A stretch of DNA of 64,000 nt from Octopus sinensis (taxonomy: Eukaryota). The translations under genes and the position numbers were made by a program. The notes under the pieces are model-generated. The model did not search any database. It saw nothing but the letters and a program-made list of their open reading frames with translations, and was not told the origin of the DNA. Position 1 is the stretch's first letter. Each line of letters starts with the position of its first letter. Location: NCBI RefSeq assembly GCF_006345805.1, contig NC_043005.1:56544001-56608000 (forward strand), given 5' to 3'. Of the stretch, positions 12,793 through 26,038 are shown in pieces.

Positions 12793-13119
12793 GTGTGAAG
12801 GCGCTTGGCTCAGTGGTAAGAGCGTCGAGCTTACGATCGTGAGGTTGTGAGCTCGAATCCCGGACCGGGCTGCATGTGGTGTTCTGGAGCAAGACACTTT
12901 ATTTCACGTTGTTCTAGTTCACTCAGCTGTAGAAATGAGTTGCCAAGCTGTATCGGCCTTCGCCTTTCCCTTGCATAACACAGGTGGCGTGGAGAGAGGA
13001 GGCTGGTATGCATGGGCGACTGCTGGTCTTCCATAAACAGCCTTGCCCGGACTTGTGCCTAGGAGGGTAATTTTCTAGGTGCAATCCCATGGTCTGTGTC
13101 GTGACCGAAGAGGGTCTCA
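12793..13119 (+). mobile_element. tRNA-derived SINE, third family
   Basis: A box GGCTCAGTGGTAAGAGCG, B box GCTCGAATCCC, CORE-like CACTTTATTTCACGTTG..CACTCAGCTG, distinct tail. Confidence 0.8.
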
Positions 13120-13390
13120 GATATATATATATATATATATATATATACGTACCAACATTGAAACTCTCGGACCTTGACCTTGAGTCATTCTGTTACATCT
13201 GCTATTATATATACATACCTATAAATTTGACATGGGCGATTCTTTCTTGTTTTGGGATTCACGCTCAAACGGCTTGATGGAATTGCGCGCAAAATTACAC
13301 AGATGTGTAGAATGATCCGGTAATGTTGCTGGGCTTTGTATTTTTTCATAGTCCCCATGGTTACCGAGATAATCTACTATAATAATACGA

Positions 13391-13451
<61 letters not shown>

Positions 13452-13452
13452 C

Positions 13453-13541
<89 letters not shown>

Positions 13542-14073
13542 TTAGACGAGCTGGCAGAACCGTTAGCAGGCCGTGTAAAATGCTCACCACCAATCTTCTT
13601 TCCGATACATTGACAAAAGTTAAGCCACTAAGTTGACGAGCCATATATAGTGCTTGAATATTAAATCCACACCACACAATCAAGGGGAAAATTGTAGAGA
13701 AATCTACGCCATATGCTAATGTATCTACGAAATACAAATAATGCGTAGCCGAAAGATCACATATCCGTTTTGGATCTAAAAATTCAACCGCACTGTTGAA
13801 TCTCAAATCAGAAATTTTCAGCAAATGCAAATGTATGGACATGTTTTTTGGGGGGTTTTTTTGTCGAATTGGAAAACACCACTCTCTCCTGATTGTGCAA
13901 CTGTATCGCATACTTCAGACCCCTTCCATTGATTCTACCACAACTTTCTGATTTTACGGTCAAAGGAGACATAGCTCTAATTCTTCTTTTTTCTTTCCTT
14001 TGTTCTTCCGTTTCTTTCACCCTTCCACTTTTTGCATCCACCTATCTCTAGTTTTTCTGTGATATCTTTTGTT

Positions 14074-14160
14074 CTATTTTCCTGATTTGTAACTTGCATA
14101 GGCCATGTGCTTTGAGTCTAAAGCTTGCTTGGAGACATTAGGCGTATCATTAAAACCTGC
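14074..14160 (-). CDS. Candidate terminal coding exon, AGFNDTPNVSKQALDSKHMAYASYKSGK*
   Basis: Acceptor GATGTTTTCTAG; the phase-0 frame is the longest open one (28 codons, then TAG) and is compatible with the 24297 exon. No polyA signal was identified. Confidence 0.28.
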   Translation of the reverse strand, partial: AGFNDTPNVSKQALDSKHMAYASYKSGK

Positions 14161-14293
14161 CTAGAAAACATCTCCAATGTATGAAACTACTTGTAGCTCA
14201 TAACTATATATTGTGTACATTAAACAATATTTATCTCTCATCGGATAGAGTGCTTTTTGTTGATCTTACTTTAATGGAAAAATAAGCGAGCAA

Positions 14294-14330
<37 letters not shown>

Positions 14331-14656
14331 GATGTAAGGAGATTGAGATTATACAGAAAGATATAAATATATATATTCATATATAAATCCTTTATTCTGG
14401 TTAGGTCAGTTAATTAAGGAGACACTAATCAGATGGAACGTGTAATCTATATAAAATGATATTCAAGAAAAGTAAGTCGCATCAACATCGGTGTTACGTT
14501 AGTACAGAGAAATGTTTTCCTTGGACTTCAATTTGCCAAAGATGTAGGCAGTAATTGCATACAGAATGTACAACTTCCGTAACGACAGGATTATGTGAGA
14601 GTAATATCAAGAGGATGTTACGTACATTGATTAGTGTAATGTATTTAAGTATATTT

Positions 14657-14865
14657 TATTCTTTAACTTGTTTCAGTCATTTATTTGACTGCGGCCATGC
14701 TGGAACACTGTCTTTTTAGTCGAACAAATCGACCCCCAGAATTTAATTTTTGTAAGCCTAGTACTTATTCTATCGGTTCTTTCCCCTAACCGCTAAGTTA
14801 CGATGACGTAAACATACAAACATCGGTTGTCAAGTGATGGTTGGGAGACAAACACAGACACATAA

Positions 14866-14924
<59 letters not shown>

Positions 14925-15085
14925 CGACGGGCTTCTTTCAGTTTCTGTCTACCAAATCCACTCACAAGGCTTTGGTCGGCCGGCGGCTATAGCAGAAGAC
15001 ACTTGCCCAAGGTGCTACGCAGTGGGAATGAACGCAGAACCATGTGGTTGGTAAGCAAGCTACTTACTACACAGCCACTCCTGCG

Positions 15086-15087
<2 letters not shown>
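14657..15087 (-). mobile_element. SINE family A copy
   Basis: Reverse complement of the 50365-50795 head and tail, with an internal (CA)n(TA)n tract. Confidence 0.88.
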
Positions 15088-15147
<60 letters not shown>

Positions 15148-15995
15148 ATTTAGGAATGGTCATGTTGCTAGTTTAGCCAATATATAAACGTGTATATATA
15201 TATATATACATATATGCACACACACACATATATATTTTTTATTTCGCTTGATGAGTGCTGGCAATTCGGAACGCAACATTATAACGTCAGAACACAGAGT
15301 AATAAAGCACGAGGACACAATATAACAAGAAACGAGGACATTGCCACAGAAAACAGCGAGTTATTGTCGTAAGCAAATTTCAAACATCTTGTTTGACCTG
15401 CTTTTGTGAAAGAATGAGAGAATATGGGAAGGCTGAAGGATGATAGAGTGAGAGAGCAAACAGGTAGAGAGGAGAGGGAGAGATTTGCAGTGTATAATGT
15501 TACTAATAGGTAACATTCATAAGTCGGTAGTGTACTCAAACCGGAGAGTCACTTCATCAGTGGTCGAAACGCTATGACTGGGTGGAGATTTCGGTTCTAT
15601 TGCACCATGTTAGTTCTCTGCTTCGGTAATCGATGATTAAATTGACCCCCAGTTCTTCACCGATACTTTATTTGATGGATTCTGAAAGGATTAAAAGCAA
15701 AGATGACTTCGGCGGGATATGAAAGTAAGGGAAATAGAGTCGAAACAAAATACCGCAAGGCATTTTGTGCGACGCTCTAACGATTCCTATAATCCAACGC
15801 AAATTCCAAATGTGTTTGTAATTAATAACAAACGTGAAAAATCAGCAATTGTATGGTTCACATGCTACAGTATGGTCGCAGTCTAGGAGGAGGAGGAGGA
15901 GGAAATAAGCATGTAAACCAGTGAAGAAATTCGCCATAAGTGTCAACGTTCGACATGGTAAAAGAAGATGGATCACTACTGCGTCCAATTTGTTA

Positions 15996-16381
15996 TCTTC
16001 TCTCTATATATAAACGGCAGTTTGTCTGTGTGTGTTTCTGTGTGTCTGTTAGGTTGTACCCTCACCCTGACCACGGCTTTCAACCGATTCTGATGAAACT
16101 TAACACACACATAGCCCAATGTCATAATTCAAAACTAACGCAGAGAAAATTTTGAAAAGTTCCCCCAGTTCTGAAAAAAATCGATAAATTCGACATGGGG
16201 TCGAGAATCAGAAACACAAACCACAGACTGTCTAGGGGACGCAACTCGACCGTTTTAACTCTCAAAAAAATTTACCATAATTTTTTTTCCATTTTTTTGC
16301 TATTTTTTTGCTATAACTCTCTAAAAATGCTTTATAGTTATTTCCCTTACAAACCCGAGCAACGCCGGGCGATACTGCTAG
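15996..16381 (+). mobile_element. Non-autonomous Helitron-like element
   Basis: A|TC start, CCCGAGCAACGCCGGG hairpin, CTAG|T end. Confidence 0.8.
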
Positions 16382-16603
16382 TTAATGAATAAAGCGTATG
16401 AATTACGCACGTAAATTTATATGATTATATTCACACTTGTAATCTTATTGAACAAGATAAACTTTGCGATAAAACCGCGAAGAAAATGGAAACATCCGTT
16501 ACTATAGTAATGAAATGCTCACCCCAAACGGATGCACTGCTTAAACGGAAAAAAACATGGGTGTTCTGCTGTAAAGAATTGTGTGTGTGTGTGTGTGTGT
16601 GTG

Positions 16604-16675
<72 letters not shown>

Positions 16676-17114
16676 CAGATAGATAGATCCGCGTTTGTAC
16701 GATTGTGTATAAAAGAATATATTAATTAATGAAAACCCACCTAAGTCTGATTTTCATATTTTATTATTTGCAGTTTTTACAATTTTACACTATCGAACTA
16801 AACTAGAGCTTTCACGCGTTACGCAGTCATCACGTCTATGTAGTGACAGACGTCTTCCACACTTGATAACTGTGGTGAAATGGTTAGGTTTATCCTTTAA
16901 ATACCCACCAATGGGCTCTAGCAGGCTGAATATTACGAACTGTATTTTGACCAATCAGTATATTATGGTTTGGTGAGAGAGCCAAATAATTTCTAACTAT
17001 ATTTTGAGCCATCGGTATGTGGCTTAGAGGTCATGGTTTGGTGGGCATGTCAAAGATTCTTTGCTATGAATAACTGTTTCATTGAATTCCTATTTCCATT
17101 GAATTCTACTGTTA

Positions 17115-17392
17115 TTGGATTGGTGCATAATTATTGCGGCTTTCTTTTTCTCTTTTTTCAACAAATTTTATTCAACAAAAACAATAACAACATGTAACAA
17201 AAACATCTTTAAATAATTATTCCGGAACATATTCACCATCTACTTCAATTACTGCTTCCCATTTACTTGGCAGACGGTCAGACCGCCATTTAAAGAAATT
17301 TTTGTCAAATATTGTTATTGTTTTTGTTGAATAAAATTTGTTGAAAAAAAAAAACAAAAAAAAACAGCCGCAATAATTATGCACCAACCCAA
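17115..17392. mobile_element. Mariner-derived MITE
   Basis: TIRs TTGGATTGGTGCATAATTATTGCGGCT / AGCCGCAATAATTATGCACCAACCCAA; an internal minus-strand remnant DKNFFKWRSDRLPSKWEAVIEVDGEYVPE* resembles a mariner C-terminus; both subterminal arms are inverted copies. Confidence 0.85.
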
Positions 17393-17603
17393 TGCTGTTC
17401 CAGAAAATTTTACATTTCAATCGGGTCAATGTTCCTATTGACAACACTTCCTTGCTGTCTTGTTCTTCACTCAACAGCTGAGATGTTTCTTTCCATCTAT
17501 AAATTGAAACTTTTCCATGGACCCTATATCGATCTATTTCTTTTACTACAGGTAACTGAAATATGTACGAGAAATATATAGATAAGTATAGATCTCTTAT
17601 CTA

Positions 17604-17997
17604 CTCTTTACTCTTTTACTCTTTTACTTGTTTCAGTCATTTGACTGCGGCCATGCTGGAGCACCGCCTTTAGTCGAGCAAATCAACCCCGGGACTTATT
17701 CTTTGTAAGCCCAGTACTTATTCTATCGGTCTCTTTTGCCGAACCGCTAAGTGACGGGGACGTAAACACACTAGCATTGGTTGTCAAGCAATGCTAGGGA
17801 GACACACAAACACACACACATACATATATACATATACATATATACGATGGGCTTCTTTCAGTTTCCGTCTACGAAATCCACTCACAAGGCATTGGTCGGC
17901 CCGAGGCTATAGCAGAAGACACTTGCCCAAGGTGCCACGCAGTAGGACTGAACCGGGAACCATGTGGTTGGTTAGCAAGCTACTTACCACACAGCCA
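17604..17997 (-). mobile_element. SINE family A copy
   Basis: Same head and tail; 3' (CTTTTA)n tail repeats at 17604-17628. Confidence 0.88.
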
Positions 17998-18419
17998 ATA
18001 TATTTCTCGTACACATTTCAGTTACCTTACTTGACTTTTTTTTTTTAACTTCAATTTTTAAAATACCTTGTTATAACGCATGTCTCATACCTTCGCACTT
18101 CTTTGTTTCTCGTGTCCTCTTTTTTTTTTTAATATATTTTCCAGACATATTTCCTTATCATTGTTGCTGAATCCCAGCTCATAATTACATTCCGCAATTT
18201 ATTCCTGCACTGAAGCAAAGTTTTATCTCTACTATTATCTAAAACTCATTTTTAATGAGGAACTTAAGAGATAAAGCTAATATGTTATCCATGTATGAAA
18301 AAAAATTTATATATTATGTTCGTGTACATACACACACACACACGTGTGTGTGTATTTGTTTTGCGATGGAGTGTTTGGTTAGATTAACCTACTTGTGCTT
18401 GTATGTGTGTACGTCTTAG

Positions 18420-18450
<31 letters not shown>

Positions 18451-18456
<6 letters not shown>

Positions 18457-20064
18457 GCGCGTGCGTGCGTGTGCGCGTGCGTGCGTGCGTGTGCGCGTGC
18501 GTGCGTGTGCGCGTGCGTGCGTGTGCGCGTGCGTGTGCGCGTGCGTGCGTGTGCGCGTGCGTGCGTGTGCGCGTGCGTGCGTGTGCGCGTGCGTGCGTGT
18601 GCGCGTGCGTGCGTGTGCGTGTGCGCGTGCGTGCGTGTGCGCGTGCGTGCGTGTGCGCGCGCGTGCGTGCGTGTGCGCGTGCGTGCGTGTGCGCGTGCGT
18701 GCGTGTGCGCGTGCGTGCGTGTGCGCGTGCGTGCGTGTGCCGTGCGTGCGTGTGCGCGTGCGTGCGTGTGCGCGTGCGTGCGTGTGCGCGTGCTTGCGTG
18801 TGCGCCTGCGTGCGTGTGCGCCTGCGTGCGTGTGCGCGTGCGTGCGTGTGCGCGTGCGTGTGCGCGTGCGTGCGTGTGCGCGTGCGTGTGCGCGTGCGTG
18901 CGTGTGCGCCTGCGTGCGTGTGCGCGTGCGTGCGTGTGCGCCTGCGTGCGTGTGCGCGTGCGTGCGTGTGCGCGTGCGTGCGTGTGCGCCTGCGTGCGTG
19001 TGCGCGTGCGTGCGTGTGCGCCTGCGTGCGTGTGCGCGTGCGTGCGTGTGCGCGTGCGTGCGTGTGCGCGTGCGTGTGCGCGTGCGTGCGTGTGCGCGTG
19101 CGTGCGTGTGCGCCTGCGTGCGTGTGCGCGTGCGTGCGTGTGCGCGTGCGTGCGTGTGCGCGTGCGTGCGTGTGCGCGTGCGTGCGTGTGCGCGTGCGTG
19201 CGTGTGCGCTGCGTGCGTGTGCGCGTGCGTGCGTGTGCGCGTGCGTGCGTGTGCGCGTGCGTGCGTGTGCGCGTGCGTGCGTGTGCGCGTGCGTGCGTGT
19301 GCGCGTGCGTGCGTGTGCGCGTGCGTGCGTGTGCGCGTGCGTGCGTGTGCGCGTGCGTGCGTGTGCGCGTGCGTGCGTGTGCGCGTGCGTGCGTGTGCGC
19401 GTGCGTGCGTGTGCGCGTGCGTGCGTGTGCGCGTGCGTGCGTGTGCGCGTGCGTGCGTGTGCGCGTGCGTGCGTGTGCGCGTGCGTGCGTGTGCGCGTGC
19501 GTGCGTGTGCGCGTGCGTGCGTGTGCGCGTGCGTGCGTGTGCGCGTGCGTGCGTGTGCGCGTGCGTGCGTGTGCGCGTGCGTGCGTGTGCGCGTGCGTGC
19601 GTGTGCGCGTGCGTGCGTGTGCGCGTGCGTGCGTGTGCGCGTGCGTGCGTGTGCGCGTGCGTGCGTGTGCGCGTGCGTGCGTGTGCGCGTGCGTGCGTGT
19701 GCGCGTGCGTGCGTGTGCGCGTGCGTGCGTGTGCGCGTGCGTGCGTGTGCGCGTGCGTGCGTGTGCGCGTGCGTGCGTGTGCGCGTGCGTGCGTGTGCGC
19801 GTGCGTGCGTGTGCGCGTGCGTGCGTGTGCGCGTGCGTGCGTGTGCGCGTGCGTGCGTGTGCGCGTGCGTGCGTGTGCGCGTGCGTGCGTGTGCGCGTGC
19901 GTGCGTGTGCGCGTGCGTGCGTGTGCGCGTGCGTGCGTGTGCGCGTGCGTGCGTGTGCGCGTGCGTGCGTGTGCGCGTGCGTGCGTGTGCGCGTGCGTGC
20001 GTGTGCGCGTGCGTGCGTGTGCGCGTGCGTGCGTGTGCGCGTGCGTGCGTGTGCGCGTGCGTGC
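18451..20064. repeat. 16-bp CpG-rich satellite (GTGCGCGTGCGTGCGT)n, about 100 units
   Basis: Seen directly; homogeneous from about 19210 to 20064, variant units to the left, preceded by (GT)n. Explains the four 550-590-aa spurious ORFs. Confidence 0.98.
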
Positions 20065-20859
20065 TTAATGTCAGGCGCCATCTCCTAGTTTATGAAAAAG
20101 TACAAACATCCTTGTATAGAACTGTGCGCCTCACAGTTCCAGCGACGTGGTGTTTAGCTGTTGTGCGCATGCTCATATGTCCGAGATAAGAAGTTTCACA
20201 CTAGGGAAAGAGAGCGGTGTGTGAATGATAGTGCCGAGTGAAAGGTAGTGTTTCTTTTGACTTTGCATGTGTTGTGCTTAAAAACGTGTTTATATTCTTG
20301 AATGTGATAAAATGGAGAATTAGATTATTATCCTGCTTCCAGCTTCAATGTTGCTGCCAGGACTTGTGATTTAGGGGGGATTTTTGAAACAAAGGGGAAT
20401 TCGCGGTGATGACCAGTGAACAAATTAAACACACTACCTGGCAGTGGCTAAAATGTGAACCGATCAAATTTATGTATAACTTTTCTTTTTATATGTTTGT
20501 TTCCTTTTACACAATATTAAAACAACGGCCAAAAATTTTCTGAAGCAGCACCCCCACTAATTTTAACTACGAACCGCCACTGTGTGTACTGTATTTTTGT
20601 TTGTTTGTGTGTGTTTGTGTGTATGTGTGTGCGCGCGCGCGTGTGTGTGTGCGCGCGCGCGTGTGTGTGTGCGTGTGTATGTGTGTATGTGTGTGTGTGT
20701 GTGTGTGTGTGCATTTAATGAATGAATTATAACTAAAATTTACAGAGCAGTACAACGGATTAACTCAGATATGCTGAAAAGCAGCACAAGGATACAAACA
20801 ACAGGTTAGAGCCTTATATGTATTAAATAATAAAAACTGATGTGATTGTTTTATGCAAC

Positions 20860-21605
20860 CCCATCATCAAGCAGAAGTGAACAGGGGGTCAGCAGAGCAT
20901 GTATCTCTTTGACCTCGATTATATTGATGATTTTGCTCTTACAATTGATCAACTTTGTTATGTGTAAGACTTGTTAACATCCCTTGACTTTGCTGTAAAC
21001 AAGGTCGGCATGTTTCTCAATACAAGAAGGAATGAGTACATGATCTTCAGTGATAGTGCGCAAAATAAAGGAGTTCTATATTGCCGAAGGTTTCCTGACA
21101 CGTATAGGACAAACCTGAACTGCCTGTAGCAAATCTCATAACAACTGGCAACCATGTAATTCATAGTCAACAAGACAGCCCTTCTTGATAGCCTATGTAG
21201 AGATGTAGAGGGTTTTCTTCTCTATAGAGCAAAAACCGGTACTACGAAAAAGGAGTTCCAGGATTACATTGATAATACGTGCATCAGGCTTTTTATGAAG
21301 GTCTAAAATATATCATGCCATGAGCACAATATCAAAAGGGAGATTTATAGACGAACATCATTCATCTTTATTATTGTGTCTCAATGTAGAGTAGATTTGC
21401 TTGCCACTGCTCTCGTGCCGAATACCAACCTATATCGGATGTGACATTTTGGAGACTTCCATACCCTACTAGACGACTAAAACCGTTCACCTACGTTGAT
21501 CTTAGTAGAGACACGCAACACGAACTTGAAGACCTACCAAACCTATTTACAGACAAAGATTCCTGGCGCGACTTGGTGAAATGTATCGCAGTTGCAGCCA
21601 GTTAA
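20860..21605 (+). mobile_element. Decayed RTE-clade LINE (RT domain to 3' end)
   Basis: FDLDYIDDFAL...LLTSLDFAVNKVGMFLNTRRNEYM from 20908 (a YADD-like motif); C-terminal FTYVDL..RDT..DLPNLFTDKDSWRDLV; many stops. Confidence 0.8.
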
Positions 21606-24296
21606 AGAAAAAGTTTTATAAGGCAAAGGCGGAGTAATCACAGATTTACGGTTAGACCGACAGACTGGTATGGAGGTGAGCCAAATAATAGATAGATAGA
21701 CATACAGATAAACAGAGGTAGAACGAAAGGCATGACGGAAAACATATAGATCGATAAACATGTAGTCAAATACTTGCTGATAAATCAAACGGTAAAGAGA
21801 TGACCCAGCAATCAGAAATACAGGCAGGAAAATAGGCCGATAAAGAGCCCAATAAGCAGACAGAATGATAGGCTGGTAGACTGGCATACAGGTAAAGTGA
21901 GAAAACCATATACCTGTAAACAACAAATATATAAACATACGAGGACACATAGACACGTAAGTCAGACAGATGTGCACAAAGTGATAGATATTGATAGAGA
22001 TACACACAGAGAGACTGACGAACACTGTTGAATTTTTCTGACGAAATTTTACAGCCCCGAAGCCCCCAAAAAGGTAGATCGACTTATATATCAAGACGAC
22101 TCTGGAGGAGCAAAAATTCTATATGAATTGCAACCAGATTTGGAAAGATAGTGACGATGCTTGAATGTCTACACTAATATTTGTACTATTATAGTACGTC
22201 GATTTATATGTCAGAAAATACAGATTCCCTTATCAGTACTAATAGTGATTTCTTTACTGAAAAATTATAATTCAAGTCATCTAACAATGTTGCGATAGAA
22301 CAATATCATAACTGACTGCAATGCCAACCGTAACATTGCATTTCAATCCAATTTTTCTTTGCAGTTGGTATAGAATCGATAGAGAAGTAAGAATTTCGTT
22401 CTTAGTTTATTTTTAAATTTTTCTTTTGAGTTTGATTGTTTTAAAATTTTGAATTTAAAAGCCCAAGATCTTTTCAATGAACTGAAATTGGGGTTAGGAG
22501 TTTTCTAATTGAAATTGAATGTAAAATAGAAATTTCTGTCTTTCACTTTCTTTTCCGTTTCGAATTTCCAGTCCAATTAAGTTTTTTCCTCAGTTTTCTT
22601 GTAATTATATTTTTACAAATATATTCAAATTTCATCAAATTAGAATTAGAAAACCTACTTCTAAAAGACGAAAAAACCTTTAAAATATGTCGTATTTTGG
22701 GGTAATATAAATATGTACATAATCTACATACATAGACTCATGAAGCATCATACATATTCAAACACACACCACCCCATCCCCTTGTACACACATACAAGAA
22801 AAATCTCAAACCAAAACGAAACACACATACACCCAGTTTCACACATATCCCTAAAACTACTGCAAGTACAGAACAAAACAGCTTAGATACATTGTAACAG
22901 ACCAGGTAAAACGATGTCAAGTCTTTGAAGAATCACGAATGGCAGCAGAAGGACTTTGACAAACCAGTTGACTGATTGATCAAACGATTAGTTAGGCAAT
23001 CGATTAGTTAACTAGTTGGCTAATAGTCATAAAAGAAAGTGAATAGAATTGATGTATGCGTTTTCACTGGTAAAATTACTCTCCCGAGATACATTAGCAT
23101 CTGTTTCAACACATGATATTATATAAAGAATCTTGCAAAACAAATATATTAATTTTTTTAAAATACTCTCCCTGAAAGCTTTACTTTGTTTTCCATGTAA
23201 ACGAAAAAAATATATTTCAAAGACAAAAGCTGCGATCAACCAAGTGGTAAGATCAGCTTGCAGCCTGACTCTACTTGCATTTTATATCTTGTGAGAAGTA
23301 GTACTCTGAATTATGACCGTGTCAAGACAACTTTCAGTGATTCAGTTCATGTAACTGTAAATTGACGTTATAAGAGAGCAGCAGACATTGGGTAGTTGAA
23401 AAAAAATCTCTTAACTTGCAACACTGATATTTCCATCCAGAAAGTGAGGGATATCTCGACTAACACGTCTCATTACGCAGAATATTTCGCAGTGACAAAC
23501 AATTTACACGTTTGTCAGCGCTCGAGGAAAAAATCCAGCTCAGATTAAGTTCAATGTGTGTGTTCGCCAAATACCCTTTAATCAGACGACATCTTTGTAA
23601 TAGCTATATGTTAATTGAGTTATGTAACTTGTATGAGTGAATTAATGAATGAATTGGAAAACTTATCTCCATTAGATGGTAATATGAATTTAACAAAGAA
23701 ACATAATGTATCAGGCCTTTCGGCTTCCAATTTATCAAATTAAAAGTGCACGCTTTATGAAAAATACATTGACTGTTTTCACATAAAATCCTGAAATATT
23801 CATACACAATTTAATCAATAATTTACTTATTCAGAGAAAACACAAAAGCACTTGAAACCAAGCTTGTATAAGAATGATGACATTCTGCATGGAATGTGGG
23901 ATTACGTGAACGATCTTAAAATATAGAAGGCAAAAACTGATTAACTTGAAAAAACAAAAAGCTTGTCACTTCTGTAAAAAATGGTTTTGCAGTTTTGCCC
24001 CTGTATTATAAACATTCGATGTCTTTTAGATTTGCAATAATACACCGATACCAAATAGCCTGTACGCTCTTTTTTTTTCTTGTTCTTTTCTTGGTTTTTT
24101 TTTAATAAGGAATTTTGAAAAAAAATCAAAGAAAATCAGATATGCTACCCGTCTCATAATATAAAATGGTGTACCTTCAGCAAGTAAACAGAAGCAAAAT
24201 GCTTCTTTTACTTTAATGCATCACCATGTTCGTTGTTTATTTGCGGATTAGATTAAATATAATACTACCGGGAATAATCTAACAGCAGGTCCTTAC

Positions 24297-24356
24297 CTTC
24301 TTCCGTAATCCTTTATCAGCAACTTGAGGAAGGTTAACTTCTCTCATATTTTCAAC
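24297..24356 (-). CDS. Candidate 60-nt internal coding exon, VENMREVNLPQVADKGLRKK; product unknown
   Basis: Acceptor TTTTTGTGTTTCAG and donor AAG|GTAAGG; only one frame is open, phase 0-0; unique non-repetitive sequence. Confidence 0.55.
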
Positions 24357-24675
24357 CTGAAACACAAAAACATGAAAGAACGTTCAAGTCTTAGGAAATC
24401 TGATGTAGCTACAAAACGGTAAATTGTCGAGAGTAATTAAATTTGTCCTTAAGCATATTAAGATTAAATCTTGCTGGAATAGACCTTTACATTAAGCAAT
24501 CGAAGATTGAAAATTAAGTACCATGTTTCCACTGAACTTGATTGATACTTTATTTTATCGACCCCGAAAGGATGAAAGATAACGTTGATCTCGGAAGGAT
24601 TTGAACTCAGAACATAAAGAGCCAGAATTACTGCAAGAATTACTCAAACGATTCAGCTAATCTTTAACTAACTAA

Positions 24676-26038
24676 CTAGCAAAGATACCCGGCGTTGCTC
24701 GAGATTAAAATGGCATAGTTTGTATATATATATATTAGTTACATTGAAACAGGTGACTCGGGAAAGTGCAGCATTGACAAAACATTTGAGGACTAAATAA
24801 TGGACTAATTCGACTAAGTGACATGTCATGCATCCGTTTGGAGTATTCCGGGCCCTAACTTGTCATGGAAAATTGCAGGAAGGGGGATGTGCATGCATTT
24901 GGTGTGTTGCAGCATGCATTTGCTGATCTTGGGAAAGTCCCATCTCTTTTGTATTGAGACTCCATCTCACGTGCTGCAGCATGTCTTTGCTGATCTTGGG
25001 AAAGTCTCATCTCCCTTCTCCTTTGAGACTCCATTTGACATGCTGCAGCATGCGTTTGCTAACCTTCTCTATTGAGACTCCATTAATTTAAGGGTAAATA
25101 TGTAATTGTAAATACATTGCAACCTTGCAACTGCTGCGATAATTATGAACTGGTAATTGAACGGTAAATGTGTATTTTTATATACCTTGGACCTGCCACC
25201 TAATTCTTTTTTGCCAAGAGTTTCACCTCCAGCCGTTCGTTATGTCAGTCAACACACATACACTGACACACCATTCCGCTGCCATGGCGGTAGAGACAGA
25301 AAGTTGCCGGTGCATAATGTTGTTCACATTAGGATATAAGTTATTCATTTATTTGTCACAGTTGAATTAAAAGTGAAAGAATAAAAGTATAACACTATCA
25401 TAAGATTAGAAGGAAAAGTGAAAGAATAAAAATGAAACAACATTATGTGACATTACAATATATCATCTGTGTGAAAAGTCTGGCTGCATACACGTTAGCA
25501 TCTTTGTTTTGAAACTTATCTATAGCGCAGAATTTTTAATTTTTGAAGAAAGATTTCTAATTAAGTTGGTTATCTCTCTCTTATTAAAGTTTACTAAGAT
25601 AGAGTTTTAACTCCTTGTCACGTTACTATAAAAATAGTGTGGTAAGTAGCTTGCTTACGAACCGAGGCATGAATTGCACGAAGCCGTCTTGCAGTCGTGG
25701 GAAGAGCTATCTGAACGGAAAATTCAACATCAAACTTGTGTTCGGCGTCAAATAGTTGACTCGTGGCGGTAACAGATTCGTGTAATAAATTTTGCGTTTA
25801 TTTTTGTTTCATAATATATATATTTTTTTCCGGATGCAGCTAGACTTTTCACACATCTTATTCTTTCACTTTTAACATGTAATACCGAACCAGTGTCAAT
25901 GTTATATTGTTTTAATCCAAATGAAAAAAATTACATATTGACACTCACGGGATCTGATAAAATTTTATTTCATTTGGTCGAGCAGTTTGAGAATGCATAG
26001 GGAACAGACAGACAGACAAATAATTTTATGTCTTTAGA
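24676..26038 (-). mobile_element. Helitron-like element with internal ~64-bp tandem repeats
   Basis: CTAG end with CCCGGCGTTGCTCGAG hairpin at 24676-24705; putative TC start with a GTCTGTCTGTC motif near 26038; internal repeats at about 24905-25085. Confidence 0.6.

Noticed and set aside
13808-14100. Extended exon VDAKSGRVKETEEQRKEKRR...RGLK with a donor at 13914
   Set aside because: It needs two frameshifts to join the upstream acceptor, has no polypyrimidine tract of its own, and purine-rich DNA mimics K/E/R-rich protein.
17405-17496. Candidate exon WKETSQLLSEEQDSKEVLSIGTLTRLK (minus)
   Set aside because: The donor is weak (AAT|GTAAAA) and the phases are incompatible with neighbouring candidate exons.
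18384-20189. Four 557-588-aa ORFs
   Set aside because: They are translations of the stop-free 16-bp satellite on both strands.
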